From Lophium mytilinum (lineage: Eukaryota): a stretch of DNA of 64,000 nucleotides. A program made the translations under genes and the position numbers. How positions within the stretch are numbered: position 1 is the stretch's first letter; every line of letters begins with the position of its first letter. Location: assembly GCA_010093605.1 (NCBI GenBank), contig MU004192.1, forward strand, positions 876,882 through 940,881, given 5' to 3'. A model generated the notes under the pieces. That model had not been told where the DNA came from and searched no databases. It saw only the letters and a list, made by a program, of their open reading frames with translations. Of this stretch, positions 23,662 to 36,352 are shown piece by piece.

Positions 23662-26460
23662 CTACAACCCCATCATCCTCCTCTCAAACCTCCCTAACCT
23701 CGGCGGCGTCTCCTCTAGCACATCCAAACTCCCCTCTCGCTCCCTCACCCCCCTAACTCTAATCTCCTCCATCATCAGCGCCTCCTCCGCCTCCCCCGAA
23801 TTCTCCTGCTCATGCTGCCACGCCGGCAGCCTCGTCCCCCGTGTACGAACCGCGTTCGCGTTCCCACTCGTTGGCTGCGCTACCCCACTCGCCCGCGGCC
23901 GCTCCCGCTCCTCATCCCCATTCGACGCCGCGTTCCTGCGGCGATGCGGGTGGTACGGCTGCGACGGGCGGGCGCCGGGCGTCGGGAGGCGGGAGCTGTG
24001 CATGCGGGTTGCAGAGTGCGTTGGGCGGGGCGGCAGGACGGGGGTGGGGAGGGAGAGGGGTGGGAAGAGGAAAGAGTCGCGGGTTGGGGCGGTGTGGGCC
24101 CCGTTCTCCGAGAAGCGGGGCGCACGCGCGCTTCTGGCGGTCGGGATAGGTTGGGTTGGGCGGGGGGAGATATAGGCCTCGTTTTCCGAGGAGTGGAGGG
24201 CTTGGGGGCTCCGGGCGGCGTGGATGGGCGGGGGTGGTGGGATAGGGGAGTCGTGGTCTGAAGAGCGGGATGCGCGAGGGCTCCTGGATGCGTGGATGGG
24301 GGGTGCTGGGGGGCCGGTGTAGGATTCGTTCTCTGAGGAGCGGGGAGCGCGGGGGCTTCTGGTGAGCATGAGAGACCCGCGTGGACCGCTGGAGACGCGA
24401 GGGGTACTGTTTTGTGCAGCTCGTAAGGGGTTTGGTACGTTCGGTGAAATTCGAGGACCAGCGGGGACTTGGCGGTTTACGAAGACTTCTGGGATGGGGA
24501 GAGGTTGCAAGTTGGGGCTGTCGGACCTTTGGTTGCGTACCGATATTCGCGGTGATGATGCAGATTCGGCGTTCTCACTGGACCGGGCCTGTGTTCTGAT
24601 AAAAGCAGCCGTTCGCAGCTGCTGGTCGTTGCTGCTATCGAAAGGGGAGGCACTCTGCTGACGCCGTGGAGTTGGTATTGGGCGAGGGGCTCTAGGAGGC
24701 CGGGCAGATATTGGAGGGGGGAGCGTACTACCACTAGATCGGTTATGGGATCTGGATCTAGCAACCAGACTTGGATTGTATGTAGTTCCTGTAGTGAAAG
24801 GGAGGGGCGAAGGAATGCGAGTTCGTCGAAGTGACCCAAACGTCGAGCGTTTATTTGAGCGTTTAGAGCTTGTTCTTGCTGGCAGCGGAGCAGGAATCCT
24901 GCGTGGAGAGATAACAACAGGACGCGGAGAGCCTAGCCGACCAGATATACCGACTGGCTTCAAATTGATTCGTGGTTGCGAGCTTGCCGTGTAGTACGAT
25001 ATCGATGTACTAGATGATGAATTATGCATGTGAGCATGTCCGCGTGATTGGACCAAGTCGAGAGGGGAAGATAAGTCTAGTCGTGCAGCAGTAACAGGGT
25101 CGCGATAGGATATATCAAAGTCACTAGGTATGACTAGCTGATTACTGCCTGTGATGTATGGTCGGCCTTGTAAGGAAGGGGAGCTTGGTGGAGGAGAGCT
25201 TGGTGGCAGTGACGACATGCTGGCAGCTGCAAGAAGATTGGGAGTGGAGTGGCTTGATCGGCGCGCAGGTCCATCAGGGCGCTGCCGTTCATTGTACAAT
25301 GGCCGTGAGAACGCGGAGATGCCATCGTATTGGGCCCGTGCAAGTGATGAAACTCTCCTCGGGGTTCCGCGGGATTCTGGATGGGATGGAGCTCTTGCGC
25401 GGTGATCGGCTGAGGACATTTGAGGATCTGCACGATTTCGAACGGGCGACCTATGTGAAAATGCGAGGTCGCAAGCACGTCTCATATCTTCTCGTGTATA
25501 TGTTGGTGGTATCTTGATGGTCTCATGAAACGTGTAGTACGTGCCGTGCGCGGTATCCTCAGCAAATCGACCACTCAAGTGCATAATTGGATGAGGATCG
25601 GCATCTCGGGGCATACGAGATCCACCATGTAGAGAGGTTGGTTCCACTAGGTGGCTATCCGATCGTCTTGAGCGCACTCTGCCTGTTGGTGGTTGTCGTC
25701 CAGCTGGTCCATCGAACGGTGAGCTTTGACTAGCACCTTCCGGAAAACGTGACCTGGGGGATGATGCCGTAAAACGTGGTTCGAGAGCGTAACCCTGTCC
25801 TCGAGAGTTCTTGAACGATTCTGAAATGCGGCTTTGGACGAATATACTCTGCTGTGGAGTTGCTACACCCGCAGCGACAGCCATCATGGCTGACATTAGT
25901 TCAGGATCCGTCCTGGCTCGATGTGCCATCATGCGTCTGAATGGTTCGCGATTAGCCTGCACCAAAGCTCCGGTCGATGGGTGAGGAATTGGGGCCGGAC
26001 TGGGCCGTGTAGCAACGAAACCAGAAAAGCCAAACTGGTGTTCTTCTAGCGAGGAGCGGACGTCGCGTTTAGATGTTGCTGAGCTTGAACGTGGTAACGA
26101 TGCCTGGCTTGCTTCCTCAGAGACCGAAGCAAGATCAGACCCGTCGATTGCCGCAACCCTGCTTTCCTCTGGGCAAACGGACGATTCGGGATAGCTCACA
26201 GATTCTGGAGATTCTATATCAGGCTCAGAGAGTGTAGTCACATGAGGCCGCATGTGTAACAGGTTGGTGTGCGTAAGAGCTGCGTAGGTGGAGCGTTGTG
26301 GACCGCGATGAATGCGAGGAATGCCACTCGCATATATGTTCGGTCTTGCAGACATGGCACTCCGGAGCGAGCTTGCAGAGTTCAGCGTGGACAAACGCCG
26401 GCTCGCCTCTTCGAGGTCCGCGGTAGTCAATGTGATCTCAGAGGGCCGACAGCGGAGCAT
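23662..26460 (-). CDS. 932-aa largely disordered Ser/Pro/Arg-rich protein with an N-terminal Cdc26-like motif
   Basis: Single long ORF. The N-terminus MLRCRPSEITLTTADLEE resembles the APC/C Cdc26 N-terminal peptide (MLRRKPTRLELKLDDIEE). Confidence 0.7.
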   Translation of the reverse strand: MLRCRPSEITLTTADLEEASRRLSTLNSASSLRSAMSARPNIYASGIPRIHRGPQRSTYAALTHTNLLHMRPHVTTLSEPDIESPESVSYPESSVCPEESRVAAIDGSDLASVSEEASQASLPRSSSATSKRDVRSSLEEHQFGFSGFVATRPSPAPIPHPSTGALVQANREPFRRMMAHRARTDPELMSAMMAVAAGVATPQQSIFVQSRISESFKNSRGQGYALEPRFTASSPRSRFPEGASQSSPFDGPAGRQPPTGRVRSRRSDSHLVEPTSLHGGSRMPRDADPHPIMHLSGRFAEDTAHGTYYTFHETIKIPPTYTREDMRRACDLAFSHRSPVRNRADPQMSSADHRARAPSHPESRGTPRRVSSLARAQYDGISAFSRPLYNERQRPDGPARRSSHSTPNLLAAASMSSLPPSSPPPSSPSLQGRPYITGSNQLVIPSDFDISYRDPVTAARLDLSSPLDLVQSRGHAHMHNSSSSTSISYYTASSQPRINLKPVGISGRLGSPRPVVISPRRIPAPLPARTSSKRSNKRSTFGSLRRTRIPSPLPFTTGTTYNPSLVARSRSHNRSSGSTLPPPISARPPRAPRPIPTPRRQQSASPFDSSNDQQLRTAAFIRTQARSSENAESASSPRISVRNQRSDSPNLQPLPIPEVFVNRQVPAGPRISPNVPNPLRAAQNSTPRVSSGPRGSLMLTRSPRAPRSSENESYTGPPAPPIHASRSPRASRSSDHDSPIPPPPPIHAARSPQALHSSENEAYISPRPTQPIPTARSARAPRFSENGAHTAPTRDSFLFPPLSLPTPVLPPRPTHSATRMHSSRLPTPGARPSQPYHPHRRRNAASNGDEERERPRASGVAQPTSGNANAVRTRGTRLPAWQHEQENSGEAEEALMMEEIRVRGVREREGSLDVLEETPPRLGRFERRMMGL

Positions 26461-27796
26461 GGTTGAAAGGAACGGCCGGAAAGGGGCGTATTGTTGAGCG
26501 AACGAAAATGCTCAGAGGCAATCCAGGGCCCGCAGATGGGGGTGAAAGCAGACGGTCGTAGAGAAGCATGAGATGAGAAGGGCTGCGAAGGCAAGGGGAA
26601 GCGATAGAAAACATTATGATGGTGGCTTCCGACTGTTTCAGTATGTGTGCAGAAAGTGCATATGTCGGTCAGGAGATTTATCGGAAGCCACCTTGATCCA
26701 ACAACGCAGAGGCTTGTGATGGAAGACCGAGAAGGAATCATAGATGACAGTTGGCGCGGAAGGCTTGCGAAAGTATAAGAGGTACCTAGATAAAGTATGT
26801 ATATGAAATATAGGCTACGCGTCAGTTCATCTAGAAAGCGGTCCGCTACATGTCTAGCAAACTAGAATGAACCATTTAGCTGGCCAAGGTTTGTAGAAGG
26901 AGCATCGTTAGTATTGCGGAAGGACTGATCAAGCCCAAGAACCTAAAAGTAGGCCATCGAGATGGGTGAAATGACACTGCCGCGTTTGAGGCACGTGACC
27001 AGCTAGCGGGAGCGACCTGGCATTTAGTATAGTATGCGGCACGCTGGGCATAAAACAGGGGCAGGCGTACTGCTTGTGTACACCTTTCTGTCGCTGCTTG
27101 TGATGTTTCTCTGCATTTTAGAAATATACACGAGATAGAAACTCTTAGCTTTGGGCTATGTAGGAACACGTTGAGGCACTCCAAGCAGATGTAAACACGA
27201 CCACACGAGGTTGAATGCTTGCTGAGTGTGCCACATTACTCAGGTCCAGCGTGTGCGTGTCGATGCAAGCAGATTGCTGCGGTAGAGGTTGCTTGTGTCC
27301 TATCTGAGATACGGACTGCGCATATACAGTTTCCCCCTGCCAGATGATGCAGCAGCCATTGGGGAGGATGCAGGTGGTGCTGGCGGCGCAACGGGGCGGA
27401 GGATGAGGCTCTCGGTCTGATGTTGGCCACTTCGGGGGCTGCTGCGGCGAAGTCCTGACGGCGTATCACGATAGGTAGCTAAGAGAGGCGTGGTGTTGAG
27501 GACCAAGGACGTAAGCGCAGACGTCGGCCGCGAATCCGCAGGGCACAGGTCCTCTATTCCGCCATCAATCAACGACACGACTGCCACAGAGGCCCGCCCT
27601 CGACGGCCCCCTACATACGAAAGCCTTGCCGATCCTACGCAATTCCTGGGCCACGGGCCTGCAACATACACGGCCAAATCTCCCGCAGCCGTCGCCCCCA
27701 GTTCCAAGCTTCGCTGCCCGCACAACCCCGACCTCTCCACCGAACGACGACGACCACCACCTTGCTCGTTTCCGCACCACTCGCTCCAGCGCCGCC

Positions 27797-30450
27797 ATGA
27801 ATGGGGACCTGAGCCTCTCGCAGAGCCTCGGGGGCCTGCGGATCGCCAATCCCGACGACGACAACGACTCGCCGTCGCCGCCGCTGTCGCGCCCCCAGGA
27901 CCAAGACGCCCAGCTACGCCCACCATCGCAATCATCCTCCAGCACCGTGACGGAGCAGCAGAGAGGTGCTGTTCCGCCGCAGCTGCTGTCAGAGCCCCCG
28001 CCCTCCTCTTCCCTCGGCTTCGACCCGAATACCTACTCCCACAGCGCCCACTCGGTGCCCTCGAGCACCCCTCCGATGCAGCCTGCTGTGGAGCAAGCCT
28101 ATGCTACGCGCCTTAGCCATCGACAATCCATGCCGCTGGCCCACCAAGCTCAGCAGCAGGCCCAGCTGCCTCAGTATGCGGCTGCCACTACGAGCCAACC
28201 GCGGAATTACCCTGCAGCTGCGATACCGCAGGGCCGACCTCAGTCCAGCTTCTACAGCCACGGCAACCTTTCCGGCTCCGGCATAGTCAACAACGGCACA
28301 TACCGATACAACGATGATGCAATGATGGGGCCGAGTGCAGACATCAGGAGGACAAGCAGCTCGAGGGTGGCACCGCCTGTCATGCACGGCAGCATACCCT
28401 CGAGAGAGATGAGCAAAAGCAATAGAGGATACCGACAGCCTGGCCCCGGGCCGCTGCCAGGTGGAAATGGACCCGCTCCACCACGCAGGAGTTCGCGTCG
28501 GGAACCGATGCACGATCATTACGGTGTCAGTCCACCAGTGATAGGCCAGGGAATCAATTCTCCATACAATGTGGACGGGGGTCCATTACCTAGTAGCGAA
28601 GAGTGGAAAGAAAAAGGCGCTTCAGTCAGCATGCGACAGGAAGTTGATTCGAATGGGAAGCCAGTTGTAAGAGTTGTGAAGAAGGGCGTGAAAGATTTCA
28701 ATTTTGGGCGGACACTAGGAGAGGGTTCATACAGCACAGTGTTGGCTGCAACCGACAGGCAAACGTTACGAGAGTACGCTATCAAAGTCTTGGACAAACG
28801 GCACATCATCAAGGAAAAGAAGGTCAAATACGTCAACATCGAAAAGGACACACTCAATCGACTCACAGAGCATCCGGGCATCGTCCGGCTCTACTACACA
28901 TTTCAAGACGAGCGTTCGTTATATTTCGTGCTGGATTTGGCTAGCGGAGGGGAGCTCTTGGGGTTTCTCAAGAAGATGACCACATTCGATGTGGAATGCA
29001 CGAGGTTTTACGGTGCTCAAATCCTTGATGCTATCGACTACATGCACTCCCGAGGAGTGATACACCGAGATCTCAAACCCGAGAACGTGCTGCTGGACGA
29101 CCAAATGCACGTGAAAATAACCGACTTCGGAACCGCAAAGATTCTTGATACTTCAAATTTAAACGGGATCGGATCAGTGTTAGGAGATCCGCTGAGCGGT
29201 ATGCAGTCAGACAGGGCGGTCTCGTTTGTAGGGACGGCAGAATACGTCAGCCCGGAGTTACTAACAGACAAAAACGCCTGCAAAGCTAGCGACTTATGGG
29301 CATTTGGTTGTATCATTTACCAGCTTCTGGCAGGAAGGCCACCTTTCAAAGCTGGCAATGAGTATCAGACGTTCCAGAAGATCGTCGGCCTTGAATACAC
29401 ATTTCCGGACGGGTTTCCAGACATTGCACGGGACTTGGTTGAGAGGCTTCTCGTACTAGATCCGGCTGCACGCTTACCAATGGAACACATCAAAAACCAC
29501 CAATTTTTCGACGGAATCACCTGGGGCAAAGGCCTATGGAAACAAAAGGCTCCGCGATTAAAGAGCTATGTACCGCCAGCCCAGGAGCCGATCAGACTCA
29601 ATGGCAACGGAGGTTCTTATCCACCACCAAAGTCGTCGGGCCCACCGTTAGGTACTGCTTCAAGCGGCAACCAGTTGCGCCCCCAACCAAGGCTCATTAC
29701 CGAGCTTCCGCCTCCAAGTCAGCTTGACATTGAGTGGTCCCCCGTTTTGACTCGAAACAACGAACGAATCTTAAAGCTTGGGAATCTTGTAGTCACTACA
29801 AACCCTGCACCGCACAGCCCCACTTCAAAGAGTGGGGAGGCTTCATCAGATACCCCTAAGAAGTTCTCGCGTTTCTTTGGTGGCAACACAACGAAGAAAA
29901 GGCAGCGACTAGTAATGATAACCTCTGGGGCGCGCATTATTCTAGCTGCTGCTGGCGGCGAAGAGAAGAAAACTAAGATGGAAGTATCGCTACTAGGCGC
30001 GGGCTGTGCCTGGAAAAGCTACAAGGACTCGAAGGGTCTCACTTGTTGGTGTGTAGATACAGTACGTTCGCTTTCCCCCCTTTTCCGGCTTTTTCTAACA
30101 ACATACAGAAAGATAAGCATCTTGTTTTCGAGGATCCAAAGGCCACCACAAGCGACCCCGACGGAAGCAAATACTCAGCGCAAGAATGGATCGACAACAT
30201 TGAGCGTGCCAGGGAACTAGCCATATCCCAGAGTATGACGAACTCATACTCCAGCGATTCTGCATTCAACGATCTAGCATCAACAATTTCGAGTCCTGCG
30301 AGTACATTAGGCGGGGATGCCGCATTCGATGGACCCAACATCCCTACGGCAAGGCACTTAAGGAAAGAGCACGGCGATAACGACTCCATGAAAGGCCGTA
30401 AGCGCTTTAGCAGACGACACTCGAAGAACGGGCTTGCTGCCGTATTCTAA
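27797..30450 (+). CDS. PKH1: PDK1-family AGC Ser/Thr kinase (Pkh1/2, Ksg1-like) with a C-terminal PH-like region
   Basis: GEGSYSTV, AIKVLDKRHIIKEKKVKYVNIEK, HRDLKPEN, DFGTAK and SFVGTAEYVSPE are characteristic of PDK1. Likely ATG at 27797 (MNGDLSLSQSLGGLRI). Intron about 30062-30108. Confidence 0.93.
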
Positions 30451-31563
30451 TAACCACTTCTTTGTCGACCGTGCCGCTTCCTCCTCTCGCCGGACGCATA
30501 GAACCACACTACCTCGTCATCACATCCACCTTAATTCCGATTCTCGTTGCACTGTTACCAATGTCCTTTATCATATACCTTCTCATACATCCTATCCTTT
30601 CAGCATTATTCCCAGCATCCAGTTCAACTCCATCCCAGCGCTTGGCGTCCCGGCGTTTCTCATCACCCTTACTTTCTCTTTCGTTCCGCTGCCCTATCCT
30701 CGTTGACTACCTCGCATCTGTTCCGTGTCGAAAATCAAGAAGGAAAATCTGGAAACCTGGCATACTTTGATTCTCTAACATCTCTCCATTTCCACTTTTT
30801 CCCATACACTAATGCGCGCGCTCCGGGCCCACGTGAAGCAGGGGGTTGCGGGAGGCTTCTTCAGACCGGATACCTCGGGCTTGCATGCGCTTCTGGGTCT
30901 GGTCTGAAATTTTGTGGGGCTTTATATATCTCGTTTGTGGGGTGTTGAATATGGTTACAGGGGTCGAGCGAATTGCACGCGCAGGCGACAACGCGGGAGT
31001 TGGCGGTGTTGCGCATACGGGCTTTTTTGTATCTAGTCTGGACTTCCGAGATAGAAGGGAGAAGACGAAGCAGGCTCTTGATGTTTAATTTGTTGACTCG
31101 ACTCCTGTATGTGAGACTCCTTGTGTCTTGTGGCTAGCCCAGCATCTGAAGTTTACGTTTTTTCCGGTTGGAAGACGTAAACGACACGCCGCAATCAGTG
31201 TCGAACTGAACTACGCATCGTGATTTCTCTGCAAGAGCTAGCGCCATGGGATATAGCAGCTACTCTAGCATACTCCATATTAAGAAAGAGAGCAGTAAAT
31301 TCAATATGGCGCTACATCCGAGCCGTAACATTATTCTTTTACCATCGCCTAGGCTATGGATAGAGCTTCAGGACTCTGTTCTGCTACTACCCCGCCTTCT
31401 TTTTATCCGCAGTCCATGATATGGCGTTTGCTCTTCCTTCAGTCTTAATCTCTAGCTACCCAGACCCTTATTGACAACCCTAAGGGCTGCGCTCGAGGGG
31501 CTAGCACGTGACAAGATACCTGTTTGGGCAGGTCTTGGCAGTGCGCAGAAAGTATGGCAGGCC

Positions 31564-31652
31564 GAGAAGGTTGCGCCCAAATTGTAGCCAGTTTAACCGG
31601 AACCTAAAATCCCCCCCCTTTAAAATAGCTACAATCTGGGCGCAACCCTCTC
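31564..31652. repeat. Inverted repeat: 25-bp arms (23/25 match) with a 39-bp spacer
   Basis: GAGAAGGTTGCGCCCAAATTGTAGC (31564-31588) versus the reverse complement of 31628-31652, GAGAGGGTTGCGCCCAGATTGTAGC. Confidence 0.85.
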
Positions 31653-32155
31653 TGCAAGTGCCTTCTGTTACATGTATAGGGCTATGATTCAGCCTTGCAG
31701 ATGGGGCAACAGACCATACCATCTCGTGCAGTCAGCTCGTCCAGCTGCATGCTTCTTATAAGATGTTAAATTTCCGCGAAAACATCCTCTTGCGGACTTA
31801 TCTTTTCACTTCCAATGCAAATTGGGTCAACCAATGTCCCTTCTCTCTCTTTTGCGAGCCTTCTGGATTTCGTCATGGATCCCAAACTCTCATTCAACCC
31901 TCAAAATGTCATCTCGAACTCGAAACGCCTCCCAATTAGCTCAATAGAGTTTCTCCGGGGATAAGATAATTAATTCTCGCGTTCTTTCCTTGACACGTCT
32001 CTCAGAATAGACGTGTGTGCACCTTTTTTTTACTGCCTGCGGTGATTCGAACTATTCTTAAGAATTCGAATACATTCTTATCAGAGAGCTTGCTGTTACA
32101 AAGCGTAACCAATGGTATCAAACCCCCCAACCTCTCCCCTCCCGCGCTCTCCACC

Positions 32156-33774
32156 TCACGCCTTCTCCAACTCCTCAAACCTTACCCTCAACCCCATCGG
32201 CGCCAACAGGCCACCAGGGGTAAACTTCACCGTCACCCCATCTTCCAAACTCAACCTACTCCTTCTTACGCACTCCACCACCGCAACTCTAAGCTCCACC
32301 ATCGCAACCCCCTGTCCCAAGCACGCCCGCCGTCCCCCATGGAACGGCACATACTTCCCTCTCGCCGTCCATTTCCGCATGTTCGCGTGCATCTCCTCAG
32401 TGCTTCCTCCCCATCGCTCCGGCTTGAACTCCTCCGCATCCGCGCCCCACGCCGCCGTGTCCCTGTGCGCGCCTGTAGCCGTCCAGCCTACGTACGCGTC
32501 TTTCGGGATCTGGATATTGGACGGGCCGAGAGTGGCTGCGGCGGTGGTACACCGGTTTAGCAGCTGCGGGATGGGTGGGTAGAGACGGAGTGTTTCGAGG
32601 AGGAAGGAGGTGAGTAGTGGGCTCGCTTTCATGTTCGCGATATCCGTGGTAGCGTCGGGCGATGGAGAAGAGAATTCGGCGCGGAGGGCGGATTGGAGGT
32701 GGGGGTGGGCGGCGAGGAGGTAGAGGCAGGTGTTGAGGCCTTGTTGGACGTTTTCGTGGCCCGCTATGAAAGTGATCTTCAGATTGTCGCCTGTGTTGCG
32801 TGTTAGATCGGTGTGAAGGGGAAGGGAGGTGGGAAAGGGGCGCACGGAATTGCTGCTCTGTCCATGTTCCGTCTGCTTTAGCTCGCTTCATGAGGGAGAT
32901 GAGTCGGTCGTCGTCTTCTGGGAAGTCTTTGGTTTGCTCGAGGACGGTGGTGACGAGCTCGTTTTCGAATTCGTGCACGAGGGCTCTGGCTTTTGTTCGG
33001 GATTCGATGGGGAATTTGTCGAGGAAGGGCGCGACGAGGAAGAGAGGCTTGAAGATCTGGACTTTGAGCTGGGAGTGGATGGCGTGGATGCGGGGGGTGT
33101 CTGAGTCGAGTGTCTGGTGGTGAATTAGCACCACGGTTGGGCCCTACATTGAACGCAATTGCCATCATTGATGTGGTTAGGTATATACCCACTTTGAAAT
33201 CCGTTCCCAGCACTGTCTCTCCAAGAGTCTGCATCGCAAACCTCTGAATAAATGGGTTCACCATCACACCCTTTCCCTGTGGCAGCTTTCTCTGCGCCTC
33301 CAACATCAACCCCACGAACTTCCCTGCATTTTTCTGGATCCCCTGAAAGTCGAAATCTTGCCGTTGCAACCCCGGCTGCATGACCGTACGATAGCTCTTC
33401 CACGTCTCCCCATGTGCTGAGATAACGTTATCCCCTGTGAACGCCGCAAGTACGCTATATGGTATCTTCTTCTGGTTCCCACTCTTCGCATAGACGTCCT
33501 CATGCTTCAGTACTTCAAAGAGAAGCTCAGGGCGTTGAACGAGGATGTTCCAGCGGCCGCCGAAGAAGTAGTTGACAGCGCCGTGGGCAGTGATGGAGGG
33601 CTTGATATACTGGGCGTATATTTCAAGTTGGTCAAGGTTGGTAAGAAAGCCGAGGAGGGACACCCAGATGGGAATGGTGGGGATGTTGCGAGGGAAGTTT
33701 GAGGGGGGAGAGAGGGCACGGTGGAGCAGGAGAGCCAGAGTGACGAGGACGCCGGCTATGACTAGGAGAGCCAT
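32156..33774 (-). CDS. DIT2: Cytochrome P450, CYP56/Dit2-like (N-formyltyrosine oxidase family)
   Basis: Exons 33774-33193, 33113-32846, 32790-32156. N-terminal anchor, KSGNQKKIPYSVLA..TGDNVISAHGETW, I-helix AGHEN (Dit2-like), ETLR, PERW and heme motif FHGGRRACLG. Confidence 0.88.
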
Positions 33775-34083
33775 GTTCTAGTGAAGAGGATGACAAAATC
33801 TGATTATGAAAGAATCGACGAGAACAGAAGGGAACAAATATCAAGGGCCGAAGAGCGAGCATATGGGACTAGACACTATGAAAAAATGATAGGGACGCTT
33901 TGATATATTAACAAGGACTTACGCGCGGGAAGCATCATCGGAGACCCCACCAGCCCCATGCAGCATATCCCCTGCAAGAAACATGATTACGGTGTCAGTC
34001 ATGCACAGCACGACTTCCTTCAGCCCCCAGGGTTTTGCATCCCCAGCTAGCCATGGTAAATCGGAGCGTCCAGCTCCCACGTC

Positions 34084-34292
34084 GCCAAGTAGTAAGCGGT
34101 GAGCTCGGGCGTTTGCGCTTAGACGCCCAGCTGAGTAGGGCGGTGCCTGCATGCCAAGAGCGTCCGCGGCCTCGACGTTTCGAAGATAAGCTGGGGCTGA
34201 AAAGCTACCTCTGATGCTAGTCTGCGATGCTTTTTGCATTGAGAGCGGTCTCGCCGTGGACATTATCGAGGCAAGAGGCGAAGTGCTTGGCA
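34084..34292. promoter_or_regulatory. PacC/Rim101-type sites upstream of the P450
   Basis: GCCAAG 34084-34089, TGCCAAG 34152-34158 and CTTGGCA 34286-34292. TATA-like element near 33903. Confidence 0.55.
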
Positions 34293-34499
34293 GGCTTTGT
34301 GAACACTCTTCTAGATGTCTTACATAATTTCTGAATAAGTGAGATTGAAATTGAGTGAATGATGATACATTACTGTGCTTTGTTGGTAATCGCGGTATTA
34401 TGAGAGTATACATATAAATGATGTCTACAACGAATCCCAGAACGCCGACTATGCAGATCGCTAAGTTCAAAGCTCTTATATAGACGCCACTGCTTGCCC

Positions 34500-36352
34500 T
34501 CATCTCTGAATCGTCGACGGCGCCAGACTGACCGCTGACACTCCAGCAGCTCCCTGACCTACACTCGGCGCCGCTTTTGCTTTTTCTGCGGCTATCTCGT
34601 CGTCTATCCTCTTCCTCCAGCCTGGCCCGTACCAAATGAGGACGATCACCATCAGAATACAGCTCATATCTAGAGCTGCCAGGCCGCGAAAGGTCCATCC
34701 AATCCCGATCTTTGTCACTATAGGGTCGATTACCAGCGAAGCCAACGACGCGGCTGGATTGCGGAAGAGACTAGCAATGGCCACAAGAGTGGCGGCTTGC
34801 CCTGGCTTAGCTAATGTCATGTACGTTGTGTTTGTCGCAAAGACCCAGCTCATGCTAAAGCCGACCACGGCTGTCGCCGTGAGCACAACGGCAGGGTGGA
34901 ACGCAAAGTAGCAGGACCATCCGTAGAGCTCGATGCCGATCGGGAAGAGCACCACGCCAAAGAGTTGTGATTTGATGCGGTGCTCTGGAGCAACTTTACC
35001 ATCGGGGCTCGCGCGTTGGGCGCGGGTGTGGTCCCAGTCTGAATAGCGGCCGCTGAGAAGTGACCCAGCAATCATCGAGACGCCAATAGGGATGTATGCG
35101 ACGCCAATCGCGGTTTCCGAGAAGTGATATTCGTACTTTAAACGGGTGGGGAGAGTGACAGCGACGCAGTAATAAGAGCCGAAGAGGATTGCTACGTTGA
35201 TGGAGACGAGTACGATTGGTGGGTATTTGAGCAGCTTGAAAACATTCATCGCGCTTGGACGCTTCATAATTATGGTTCCTGGTGCGATAGGAGCGCGAGC
35301 ATGGAAGTTGGGAAATGCGATCCAGGGTCCGTCGGCGTGGAGGGCTGAGTTCCCTACTTTTGCACGGAGTGTTTCGGGGAGGCAGAAAAGCATCCAAACC
35401 CAGATTGCGGCACCTAGGATGGCGAGAAAGCCAAATATCCATCTCCAAGAGGTACTACCTATGATAGCGCCCCCAATGACTGGTCCGAGCACAGGTCCGA
35501 GCTGGGGACCAAGCATGAAGCTAAGTAAATTAGTCATATGCACACGTGGCCCTGTCGCGGTGAATGGTACTAACATTGAGATAGCTCCTGCTCGGATCTT
35601 CGGCTCATACATGTCCGCGATGGTGCCTGCCCCTAGACTGGCGACGCTTGATGCGCCAGTAGCTTGCAAGATACGCAAGAAGAAGAGGGCGCCATAGTTG
35701 GCAGGAATAAAGATAAGTATGGCATTAGCGAGTACGAATATTAGAAACGATATGGTGTATAGCGGCTTCCGGCCCATGAAGTCTGCACAGGCTCCCCAAA
35801 AAAGAGGCTAAGAGAAATCAGCTGTCTGAGTAATAGGGATAAAGACCAAAATAGGCTATTCCATACTGCGATAGCAAAGACTAGCATGAAAATGGACACT
35901 GTGGCGTTGATGGCTACTCGACTGACGTGGAAATCTATGGAGAGCTGAGGCAGAGCTGGGAGGTAGATGTTCCCGGCGACAGGAGCTAGAAAAGCAGCGG
36001 CTGTGACAATCGCAAGGAGAAATTTGCGGCGGCCATCGGAGAATGCTGTATATGGTGGCTTCTGGGGCTTCGACAACGGAGCTTCAGTCTCGCTTCGAGG
36101 GAGCAGGAGAGAGGTGTCTGAGAAGTCGCGAGCTGGCGCGGGATCGTTGGTTTCAGTCTGCGAAAGTAGAGAGACGGAAGAAGAGTTGCGGCGATGTCCA
36201 ATAGCATGTTCAGGCTCAGCTGCAGGGACGGAAGAGTAGCTGGAGGAATTGCCACGATAGCCCAAGGAAGGAGTTTCATGACCAATAGTGATGGTCGGAA
36301 CTTTCTGCAGAGGATAGATTGGCTGCAGCGGAACCGAGGAGGGAGCTGCCAT
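34500..36352 (-). CDS. MFS DHA1 drug:H+ antiporter, Dtr1/QDR-like
   Basis: PPYTAFS..IYLPALP, motif A-like D(F)MGRKP, GAGTIADMY, motif C LGPQLGPVLGPVIGG, WRWIF, LPET and PEHRI. Two introns near 35807-35865 and 35521-35570. Orthology to yeast DTR1 is inferred from context only. Confidence 0.9.

Noticed and set aside
33919..34698. 259-aa minus ORF between the MFS and the P450 as a fourth cluster gene
   Set aside because: Overlaps the MFS 3' end in another frame, runs through UTR/promoter sequence, and has no recognisable motifs.
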